A DNA stretch of 64,000 nucleotides from Eledone cirrhosa. Lineage: Eukaryota. Shown here piece after piece: positions 53,082 to 64,000 of this stretch (its first letter is position 1; each line of letters begins with the position of its first letter). The notes under the pieces are model-generated. The model had not been told where the DNA came from and ran no database searches. It worked only from the letters and a program-made list of their open reading frames with translations. Both the position numbers and the translations under genes were made by a program. The DNA lies in NCBI GenBank assembly GCA_964016885.1, contig OZ024742.1, positions 255,626,001-255,690,000 of the forward strand. The letters run 5' to 3'.

Positions 53082-53459
53082 CGTGTGTGTGTGTGTGTAT
53101 ATATATATATTGTTATTTGTTTTCTGTTCTCTTCACTGTATCACCTTATATTTATTTTTAAGTTGAGATTGATTATAACACAAACACATTTTGTTTGATT
53201 ATCTTATTCTTTTATTATTTTAACATCTTGTTCTTCATACCAATCTATCCAACATATTTCTGACCTTGAGATTGGTTATAGCACACACACACTTTATCCT
53301 ACTTTATTCGATTCTTCATTTTATTTTTCACTTCTCCATATTCATTTTCATTACCTTTTCACCAATTTTTCATTTATTTTTTATTCTCTATTTATTATTC
53401 ATTTTCTGTTTTCTTCATTTTTTCTGTTTTCTTCATTTATTGCCTTATATTTCTTCATA

Positions 53460-54200
53460 TACATGGAAGAACCCCCCACCCCCACCACCACCACCACGGG
53501 AGATGATGGCAGGAAGGACGAAGAAAAAACACACACAGATACTTCTAAATTGTCAGCAGCAGCAAGACATAATCTAACCACAACACCAACAACACTACCG
53601 AAATAATGGTAGAGGTCAAATGTACTTAACAATAGCAAACACAAACACTACAGGGAGCCTCACCCCAGAAAGAATTTCTATAGACTTCTGACTGAGGAAT
53701 GCTCTCAAAACTGACCAATGGGAAGTTTGACATTTTTTTGTTATTTTGTTCCTTTACCACCTTGTTACTTCTACCACTCTATCAAATTTTTAAGCTAACT
53801 CCAACAATAACAACACTACCAACACAAGAACTGAGGTCAGATGTACCTAATAATAGCAAGAACAACAATTACAGATTGGCTTGCCTCAGAACGAACTTCT
53901 ATAGACTTTTGAATGAGGAATGTTCTAACAACTGACCAATGAGAGGAGAGGAGGCCCTTTGACACTGAAATTCGTGGTTTGAATTCATATGATTCCAGTT
54001 CCTCAGTGAAATAACAACCGAACCAGGAACTGGGCATATCAGAGTATTGACAAAAATATACACCTCAACAACATATGTACTTGTCTATACCACATTAATT
54101 CAGACTGCGTGAAGAGGTCACAGCCAAAGATGGCTGTCACCGAAATATATATAGCAGTAATAAACGAAGCTAAATTTTAAACATTTGACTTTTTATTTTA
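53460..54200 (+). mobile_element. PLE-derived fragment with pLTR (inverted partner at ~52700-52920)
   Basis: 53790-54200 is homologous to 60790-61120, which follows PLE coding sequence; includes a hammerhead at 54104-54158 with a C3>G change. Confidence 0.7.
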
Positions 54201-54301
54201 CTTCATTTTACATTACTCCGGAGTAACCAAACCAACCTGCGCACTTCGTCGAGTGCTCCAGCCTGCATATTGAGGTGTTGGTATACAACCAACATATACT
54301 C

Positions 54302-54400
<99 letters not shown>

Positions 54401-54655
54401 ACATTTTGTGTCTGTGTGTAAGTGCGTGCGTATATGTGTGTGTATATATGCGCATGTATATGTGTGTGTATATATGTGTGTGTGTGTATATATATGTGTG
54501 TATATATTATGTTTGCATTTCAATATTTTTTCTCTAATTAATTTTTTTTTTCTATTATATAAATGCGTCTGTATGTATGTATGTATTATTTGTGTGTATG
54601 TGTGTGTATACATATATATGTATGTATATATATGTATATATGTATGTCTATTTAC

Positions 54656-54701
<46 letters not shown>

Positions 54702-54706
54702 ATGTG

Positions 54707-54795
<89 letters not shown>

Positions 54796-54939
54796 TTATG
54801 TGTGTGTATGTTTGTATGTATGTCTATGTACGTGTATATAAATATATATATAAATATCGACAGTCGATCGACTTTCGTCAAAAGAATGTCTCCATTGGTC
54901 TTTCCAATTGCTAATACTATCTATCGGTCTCAACTCCAG

Positions 54940-55063
54940 GTAGAAGGAGAACGTGAAATAAAGTGTCTTGCTCAAGGCCATAACGCATCGCCCGTTTCGA
55001 GAATCGAACTCACGACCTCACGATTGCGAATCCAATTCTCTAACCACTCAGCCACGCGCCTCC
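54940..55063 (-). mobile_element. tRNA-derived CORE-SINE
   Basis: Minus strand: ggaggcgcgTGGCTGAGTGG..GAGTTCGATTCTC.. followed by the CORE-like ccttgagcaagacactttatttcac. Confidence 0.8.
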
Positions 55064-55202
55064 ACATATGTGTGCATATATGCGCGTGTATATGTGTGTG
55101 TGTATATATGTGTGTGTGTATATATATATATATATACATACATATATATATGTGTGTGTATGTGTATTTATATATATATATGTGTATATGTACATATATA
55201 TA

Positions 55203-55270
<68 letters not shown>

Positions 55271-55539
55271 CATACACATACATACACATGCATAGATACA
55301 AACATAAGCGCATTTCGGGATAATGCCTTAATATATGTATCCAGACAGACGAAAAAGTAACAAACAAAATAGTAAGGTATAAATACAAACACATGCCCGC
55401 ACACACACGCGACTCGTACATAGACACATTGAGGTACAAAAATACATATAATTAAAATGGAAATATATATATATATATATACACACACAGAGATACACAC
55501 ACACACGAACACACACACACATACACACACACACACACA

Positions 55540-55573
<34 letters not shown>

Positions 55574-55684
55574 TTGAAAAAGATGAAAACGAAATTTCAT
55601 TTCTCACTCTTAGTATGGCACTTACTTAAATGTAAGTATGTATGTATACGTACATACATATATGTATACAGACGTACAGTAGCA

Positions 55685-55720
<36 letters not shown>

Positions 55721-55728
<8 letters not shown>

Positions 55729-56130
55729 TAAGAGGAATTCCAACTTTGTCTGATTTACTCGTTTTATTTACAATCCTTTAAAATATATATAATGGTATTA
55801 TAATGAAATAGTATGATAGAATATTAAATTCTAAGTGTTAATTGAACAAGTACTTTCATGCTTTCGCAATCTTCAGGTTCATGATATGTGGTGACAGTCG
55901 AGTTTGCAATTTTCAACTGTGAAAATTTTCACAGTTGAAAATTGCAAACTCGACTGTCACCACATATCATGAACCTGAAGATTGCGAAAGCATGAAAGTA
56001 CTTGTTCAATTAACACTTAGAATTTAATATTCTATCATACTATTTCATTATAATACCATTATATATATTTTAAAGGATTGTAAATAAAACGAGTAAATCA
56101 GACAAAGTTGGAATTCCTCTTATTAATATA
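55721..56130. repeat. 410-bp perfect palindrome with no spacer
   Basis: Checked base by base; centre gtgaaaa|ttttcac between 55925 and 55926. Confidence 0.95.
55970..56008 (+). ncRNA. Minimal type I hammerhead ribozyme (mirror copy on - strand at 55843-55881)
   Basis: tgaac-CTGAAGA-t tgc gaaa gca t-GAAA-gtac-TT-gttca. Confidence 0.88.
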
Positions 56131-56178
56131 ATCTTCTATACACAATCATACACACCCGTGTATATTTACCTATCTATA

Positions 56179-56216
<38 letters not shown>

Positions 56217-56357
56217 CAGGTACACATACATATATGCACGCATCAGTTTAGCGGACGATTGCCGCTTTGTCCGTTTGTCAACAAACTGAACAGCCTGAAT
56301 TTATGCCATACGGTGTTAAGGCAACCACGTCACCTTTTTGTTCAACACTGACACAGG

Positions 56358-56402
56358 AACGATGTACTAGTTTCAAGCTTGTTAGCTATCATCAGCACCG
56401 TT
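56358..56402 (-). ncRNA. Minimal type I hammerhead ribozyme
   Basis: aacggtg-CTGATGA-t agct aaca agct t-GAAA-ctag-TA-catcgtt. Confidence 0.9.
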
Positions 56403-56636
56403 TACCCATCTGCCAGATAGTTGAACGTTCGAAAGTATATACTTTCCTTATGAAAATTAACGGCTGAGCAGCCTAATTTGCATATTGAGTGAGTTAAATC
56501 GGTCAGGCATACCGAAAACGATAAGTTGAAAAGGATGAAAACGAAATTTCATTTCTCACTCTTAGTATGGCACTTACTTAAATGTAAGTATTTATGTATA
56601 CGTACATACATATATGTATACAGACGTACAGTAGCA

Positions 56637-56736
<100 letters not shown>

Positions 56737-56985
56737 CAGGTACACATACATATATGCACGCATCAGTTTAGCGGACGATTGCCGCTTTGTTCGTTTGTGG
56801 TTACCTTAACACCGTATGGCATACATTCAGGCTGTTTAGTTTGTTGACAAACGAACAAAGCGGCAATCGTCCGCTAAACTGATGCGTGCATATATGTATG
56901 TGTACCTGTATGTATATATATATATATATGCATGCTACTGTACGTCTGTATACATATATGTATGTACGTATACATACATACTTAC

Positions 56986-57061
<76 letters not shown>

Positions 57062-57439
57062 ACGTACATCTACATACATACCATCATAAACACACATATG
57101 TATATATATATATATATATAAAAATACACACACACACACATATATATATGTATGTATATATATATATATATACATACACACACACATATATACACACACA
57201 CATATACACGCGCATATATACACACATATATACACACGCACTTACACACACATATATATATATACATACATAAATCACGAGCGCTCTATCTCAAAATTAT
57301 TTTTGAAAAGCATAAGAAATGCGCAACCGCTAAAAACTAAATCTGAATACTAACTAATTATTACTAATTTATACTTATTCCTAATTAATCTATTTTTCAC
57401 TGGAAAAAATTTGTCAGCTTTTCCTATTCCATTTTACTA

Positions 57440-57533
<94 letters not shown>

Positions 57534-58024
57534 GCATACACACATATGTGTATATATAAAAAAAGAGATTCAGAAGTTGTCCACACATGAAATCACATCT
57601 TTCCAGCTGGTATAATATACCTTTGGACACTCAACCACCCTGAACTTCCTCATTTTATAAATTAACTCTTCCACTCACTACCCTGTTCTCTTAATGAACA
57701 CATACATTTAACTACAACTATTACGCACAATAAACACCAACTTATTTATTTTAATTATACCCCCTCCCCCCCTTTTTTTATTCATACCTTTAACACACCC
57801 ACACACCGACCACTTTCATTCATTCCAACCATCATAACCTTTGAACACTTCTTCCCGTTTAATCTTTAACCATACCTTTATCTACAACCAAATACTCTCA
57901 CATATTCACTTTAATCACATATCCTTTGTCATACCCTTAACACACACACTCTGAGTACCGTCATTACTCTATCATAGCCCCTTTCTTTCTACCTAATAGT
58001 TATCCTCTTTCTGCATACACCTTT

Positions 58025-58126
58025 AGTGTCGGTAGAGGGTCCGACGCCATGCTTTGCAACAAAGAGTTACGGCCCTTTGTGTTCTGAGTTCACATCCCGC
58101 CTAGGTTCACTTTCCCTTTCATCCTT
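58025..58126 (+). mobile_element. SINE 5' half, truncated by the hammerhead repeat
   Basis: ggtagagggtccgacgcc..gagttcacatccc..ctttcatcctt, then an abrupt junction. Confidence 0.75.
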
Positions 58127-58770
58127 AAACTAGTACAGCGTTCCTTTGTCAGTGTTGAACAAACGAGCAACGATTGTTGCTAGACACTACGGCTTAATAC
58201 GGGATGTTTGTTTACAAACACACCGAGCATTATAATAAATGTTCGGTGAATCCATACGTACATATATATATATGTGTGCATGTATGTATATATATATACA
58301 TACTACTGTGCGTCTGTATACATATATGTATGTGCGTGTACATACTTATATTTAAGTAACAGCCGTACTAAGAGTGGGAAAGGAAATTTCGTTTCATTCT
58401 TTCCGCTTATCGTTTTCGGTGCACCCGGCCGATTAACCCACTCGATATCCAAATTGGGCTACTCAGCCGTTAATATGCATAAGGTAAGTATATACGTTCA
58501 ACAATCTGGCAGGAAAGTGTGCGTTGCTGACGATGGATAATAAGCTTGAAACTAGTATAGCGTTCCTTTGTCAGTGTTGAACAAACGAGCAACGATGGTT
58601 GCTAGACACTAAGGCTTAATACGGGATGTTTGTTTACAAACACACCGAGCATTATAATAAATGTTCGGTGAATCCATACGTACATATATATATGTGTACA
58701 TGTATGTATATATACATACTACTGTGCGTCTGTATACATATATGTATGTGCGTGTACATACTTATATATG
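58127..58770 (+). repeat. 1.5 tandem units of a 422-bp hammerhead-containing repeat
   Basis: ctagta.agcgttcctttgtcagtg at 58130 and 58552; hammerhead at 58521-58563: gcgttg-CTGACGA-..-GAAA-ctag-TA-tagcgt. Confidence 0.85.
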
Positions 58771-59074
58771 TAAGGATATATGCCTGTTTATGTATGTATG
58801 TATTTTTGTATGTGTTTATGTATAATTGTGTGTGTATTCTTGTATTTATATGTGTATATGTATAATTATATATGTGTATATCTATGTACATGTCTATGTA
58901 TGTGTATGGATATGTTCTGCATGTACGCATGTGTGTATGAGCGTATAAATATGTATATATATATATGTGTATATCCACATTTGTATATGTGTGTGTATGC
59001 GTGTATATATTTATGTACTTATGTATACGTGCAGTGTATCTTATAGTGTCTAATTTATAATTGTTTCTATTTTA

Positions 59075-59162
59075 AGCACAAGGCCAGCAATTTACCCAGT
59101 TCATTACTGGTACTTATTTTATCGACCCCTTAACGATGAAAGGAAAGTTAACCTCGGCGGGA
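59075..59162 (-). mobile_element. 5'-truncated SINE
   Basis: Tail and central domain of the main SINE family. Confidence 0.75.
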
Positions 59163-59190
59163 TAATGTTATCTATTTTTTTGTTTTTAGC

Positions 59191-59256
<66 letters not shown>

Positions 59257-59337
59257 AAAGTTTTATATAAAATTGTTGGGTTACAACAAGTAAATATTTT
59301 ATAACTGATATAAAGCACTCGACAAGTTTTGGAGTAG

Positions 59338-59693
59338 ATATACGATATTAAACAAATGGAAACTATATTTATAAAACCATATTTATTTCATTATACATAT
59401 TTCGGGGATACCATATTAAAAATATGGCATGCCTTCTTCAGATAAAATACAATATATAAACAGTTTTATAAATAATTTTGACGTACCATAAATATTGAAC
59501 AACCGTTATGTAAAACCAGCTTTTTACATAACGGTTGGTCAATATTTATGGTACGTCAAAATTATTTATAAAACTGTTTATATATTGTATTTTATCTGAA
59601 GAAGGCATGCCATATTTTTAATATGGTATCCCCGAAATATGTATAATGAAATAAATATGGTTTTATAAATATAGTTTCCATTTGTTTAATATC

Positions 59694-59699
<6 letters not shown>
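59338..59699. repeat. Near-perfect inverted repeat: 178-bp arms, 6-nt spacer, 1 mismatch
   Basis: 59338-59515 vs 59522-59699. Confidence 0.95.
59588..59653 (+). ncRNA. Type I hammerhead ribozyme (mirror copy on - strand at 59384-59449)
   Basis: tattttat-CTGAAGA-aggcatgccatatt ttt aatatggtatcccc-GAAA-tatgta-TA-atgaaata; 8-bp stem I. Confidence 0.85.
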
Positions 59700-59740
<41 letters not shown>

Positions 59741-59757
59741 GCTAAAAAAATAAATAG

Positions 59758-59805
<48 letters not shown>

Positions 59806-60044
59806 GGTTTTCCTATTATATAGATTTCCATACTTCTATGTCTGCGTACATCCGTACATGCATATGTCTATTTATGTATTTTTATATTTTTCTTATTTCT
59901 TCCTTTTCTTATTTCATATATGTAAATGTATATGTGTATATTTATTTATGCATCTTTGTGCGTATGTATGTACGAATATATGTGTATTTTTTATATATGC
60001 ACTAATGTGTGTATGCATGTATATATGTGTGTATATATATATAT

Positions 60045-61120
60045 TAGAACAATTAGAAGACCCCTTAACCCTGATAATGTACTCCCGCTACGTAGATGAT
60101 ATAAACATCGTAGTTAAGACACCCCCACGAGAGAACAGTCAGGAACTAGAGAAAAACACAATGGAAAGCATCCAGCAAATAGCAAACTCCATCCACCAGA
60201 GCATTAGAGTTACTATAGACTACCCAAGTAAACACCCCAACCATCGATTACCTGTCTAGACACAGAGCTCTGGTTAGATACCATTAACAACAAGAAACAA
60301 ATCCTCCATTCCCATTATGCCAAACCCATGACTTCCAAACATCTGATCCACCGAAACTCGGCCGTTTCGGACCATACCAAAATCAACATACTGATTGCGG
60401 ATTTGGTATGGGTGATGAGAAATGTGTCCCGCATGTGCAACCCCGAAGAACTAGAGAGACACATACAACACTTCATCCACGTCTGCAGTTCTCTGGCTAC
60501 AATCAGAGAGATAAAATCAGAGTGTATAGAGGAGCCAGAACCAAATGGGAAAAAATGGTAAATAATGACATAAATGGGACCTGCCCCTTGTATAGGAGCA
60601 ACTTTTGGAATAGAATAGAAAGAACTAGGAACAAGGTTAATAGAATAAACTCATGGTATGATAGCAATAAATACCAGAGTGTAATGTTCATCGATACAAC
60701 CCCTAGAGGTGAATTACCTTACAAATTTAGAAGGGCCCTAAATAAACATAAACTCAATATTAAGATAGTAGAAAGCTTAGAAATAGATTTCTAAGCTAAC
60801 TCCAACAATAACAACACTTAGAATGAGGAATGTTCTAATAACTGACCAATGATAGGAGAAGGGGACCTTTGACACTGAAAATCGTTTGTTTGAATTCATA
60901 TGACTACAGTTCCTCAGTGAATTAACAACCCAACAAGGAACTGGGCATATCAGAGTATTGACAATATTATACACCTAAACAACATATGTACTTGTCTATA
61001 CCATACTAATTCAAACTGCCTGAAGTGGTCACAACCAAAGATGGCTGTCACTGAAATATATATAGCAGTAATAAACGAAGCTAAATTTTAATCATTTGAC
61101 TTTTATTTAACTTTATTTTA
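60045..61120 (+). mobile_element. PLE fragment (RT YVDD + thumb) with pLTR and decayed hammerhead (61015-61069)
   Basis: YSRYVDDINIV..RLPV-LD..HYAKPMTSKHLIHRNSA; hammerhead core reads CTGAAGT. Confidence 0.8.
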
Positions 61121-61163
61121 TGTATATATATATATATGAATGTTTATATGTATTTATGTACAT

Positions 61164-61197
<34 letters not shown>

Positions 61198-61247
61198 ATA
61201 TATCCGTGTCTGTATGTATGTATATGTGTGTGTATGTGTGTATATTA

Positions 61248-61279
<32 letters not shown>

Positions 61280-61294
61280 ATATATATATATATA

Positions 61295-62080
61295 GTGGTG
61301 GAACACTGGAAGGTAATATCCGTAGTGGTAGAGCACTCCGTCGCGTTTCCTGAACCTCCAGTCTACCTCCAGATACCCGGACGGACGTTCATCCACGAAA
61401 CTCGCGAGCCACGTATGGTCCATCAAGGACTCAAGTATAGGCTACTCCATTCAATGGAAAGCCATCACTAAGTTCAAGCCATACGCAAGGGGAAATCCGA
61501 CGTGTGGCTTATGTATTGACGAACGAATAACTATTCTAAAGAGATTATGCAATAATTGTTTCTACTTTTGGCACAAGGCCATCAATTACCCAGTGCATTA
61601 CTGGTACTTTATTTTATCGACCCCGTAAGGATGAAAGGCAAAGTGAACCTCGGCGGGATTTGAACTCAGACCGTAAATGGACGTAACTATGCTGGAAAGC
61701 ATAGCGTCCGACTCTCTACCGATACTGCCAAATGCAATAATGATTGCCTAAACACGAGAAGTGAACTTTTCACACGTTATCCACACGTCACCAAACATCT
61801 ATTGCATAACTACAAGTCTCCGGACCTATTCTTTGTAATTTTAGTTTTAATTTTATTTTTATTTTATTTTCAACCTAAAACTTTCCGAACTTTTGCAGTT
61901 ATCTCCCTTACACCTCTCGCACGCAGTCTAGTATTGCCTGTGTGAAGGGACCGAGTTTCTGCGCATGCGCGTTCGTACCGTTGTCCTTCCTGTTCCTATA
62001 ACCATGCACATCCCGAGCTGAAGATCCGCTAAGGTGAAACAATTGTTCTCGGTATGGTGAACTAACTGTTGTGTAATCCC

Positions 62081-62085
<5 letters not shown>
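61295..62085 (+). mobile_element. Naiad-like PLE 3' fragment + pLTR, interrupted by a SINE
   Basis: Reverse-complement homolog of 42845-43400; the SINE (61557-61731, - strand) has a 10-bp TSD atgcaataat. Confidence 0.85.
62013..62052 (+). ncRNA. Minimal type I hammerhead ribozyme
   Basis: ccgag-CTGAAGA-tccgctaaggt-GAAA-caattg-TT-ctcgg. Confidence 0.85.
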
Positions 62086-62144
<59 letters not shown>

Positions 62145-62407
62145 GTATATGTATATATGTGTTTGTATATATATATATTTTTTTTTCCATTTACATACTC
62201 TTATTCAATTATATGTATTTTTGTACACCAACGTGTAGAGTTGCGCGTGTGTGCGTGCACGTGTTTGTATTTAAACTTTACTATTTTGTTTGTTATTTTC
62301 TCGGCTGTCTGGTCAGTTGGATACATATATTAACTCATTATCCCGAAATGTGCTTATGTTTGCATCTATGTATACTCCACACATGTATATATGTGTATAT
62401 GTATGTG

Positions 62408-62454
<47 letters not shown>

Positions 62455-63195
62455 AGATTTGAATGGATACAGTTTAGTTGAAAGGAATTTATTGACACGT
62501 GTTTCTATAACAGTTACATAACCTAAAACAGCTATCTACAAACTTTTAGTTATGCAGACATTCAATATTTCAATGTTATTGTTTACTGTCATTTCATCAG
62601 AATAATATTACTGAGGACCTATTTAGTTTTTATAGAGAATATTAGGAGGAAGGGGTGAAGTTGTTAGAAGAATAGTTGAAGGAGTGGTTTTTCGATAGCA
62701 GTGAGAATTCTTGGTGGCAGTGATTAATTAGATTCCCATCTGTTGTTTTGACATTTTTTATAGAATATATTATTGGTTATTTTTCTAAATCTATAGAAGG
62801 ATTAGAGATAGTAAAGATATGCGTGGTTGGTTTTGTGTTTGCACTTAACATTCAGACTTAAATTTTTCTTTCAAGTGTACGTATTCTTTCACCCACGCAT
62901 TCACACACAAATATATTTGCACACCTCTACAAAATACATATACTCACAATTCACATATTCATACTTACATATATATACACATGCATACACATATATATAC
63001 ACACTTGTATTCATGTACATACATACGCGCTCATGTGTATACATTTTTATACTCAACTTATCTTTATATATACACACGTATAGACACACACATATATACA
63101 TACATACTCTAGTCCATGTGTACACACATACACATACATACACATCCATATACACATACATACATACACACATATATATACATACATACATATAC

Positions 63196-63240
<45 letters not shown>

Positions 63241-63257
63241 CATATATACACACATAT

Positions 63258-63290
<33 letters not shown>

Positions 63291-63559
63291 AGCACTTTAA
63301 TACATGAATACACTTACATCTAACTATACACATCAAACATATATATATATTTACTTATTTATATACATTTTCACATATATATACATACTTATGGACGTTT
63401 TTAGACACATTCATTATCGCATATTTGTACCTATTCTCATCAGCATATCTTTTCATTATTAGTATGGTAATTTAAGGTTATTAATATATGTTGAAAAGAG
63501 ATTGTTTTTATATTTTTCTAACTAGATTAAGGTTTATATAGTTGGGGGATGTCCCTCTT

Positions 63560-64000
63560 TTATGTAATATTCGGCTTGTAGTGGGAAAAAAGGGTTTTAG
63601 TTCTGTGACGGCAGAATAATGTTCGTTCAATTCTGTTATTCAGCAGTTTCTTCTTGTGTGTGATTATGTAATAAATCTCAAGATTACACAATTTGCAGAA
63701 ATTTTGGCTCCTGGAAAAGCTTTGGGTTTTAGCTAATTTTTCCCATTTTAGGGTAAACTTTTGATTGCTATCCCTGAGCGTCCAAGCTTTCTCTGCTAAA
63801 GTTGTTACATTTCTTTGGCTCTGGTGTTTTATTGAGTAAGAATGCCTATACAATCGAGATTTAAACGATGTTGCCGTTGATCCCACGTAATACCACTCGT
63901 TGCCTCCGGATTTAATGGTACACTTATAAATAATATTTTTTTCTAGGCAGTTATTGCCGAGGGGGCAGTTGTCAGGATAGGTGCAGTTACAGTTGTGTAC
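63560..64000 (-). CDS. C-terminal GIY-YIG endonuclease of a Naiad-like PLE (ORF continues beyond window)
   Basis: Open frame from 64000: CNC..NCPL..CLEKNIIYKC..YYVGSTATSFKSRLYRH..CKLCNLE..LLNNRIE..CRH. Confidence 0.85.
   Translation of the reverse strand, partial: VHNCNCTYPDNCPLGNNCLEKNIIYKCTIKSGGNEWYYVGSTATSFKSRLYRHSYSIKHQSQRNVTTLAEKAWTLRDSNQKFTLKWEKLAKTQSFSRSQNFCKLCNLEIYYIITHKKKLLNNRIERTLFCRHRTKTLFSHYKPNIT

Noticed and set aside
62304-62356. Hammerhead-like scaffold in the repeat shared with ~55295-55460
   Set aside because: Core reads CTGGTCA in one copy and is absent in the other; insufficient support.

Overview
Gene-poor, microsatellite-saturated animal genomic DNA. The (TA)n/(CA)n/(CT)n/(TAA)n load and the SINE repertoire suggest a cephalopod such as Octopus; this is an inference. 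No host gene could be supported. Contents: (1) an intact, intronless 2240-aa Helitron-type HUH-Rep/Pif1-helicase ORF ending in a complete ubiquitin-specific protease (peptidase C19) domain; (2) a ~22-kb pile-up of non-LTR retrotransposons (R4/Dong-like RLE elements, Tx1-like L1-clade elements, a Penelope-like element), mostly joined through (TAA)n tracts; (3) many Penelope-like element (PLE) fragments, including Naiad-like ones; (4) more than a dozen minimal type I hammerhead ribozyme motifs of several families, including pairs inside a 410-bp perfect palindrome and a ~360-bp near-perfect one, plus a retrozyme-like ~420-bp tandem repeat; (5) tRNA-derived SINEs whose 3' tail matches the Tx1 3' end; and (6) several MITEs. 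Most short ORFs in the track are microsatellite or antisense artefacts.
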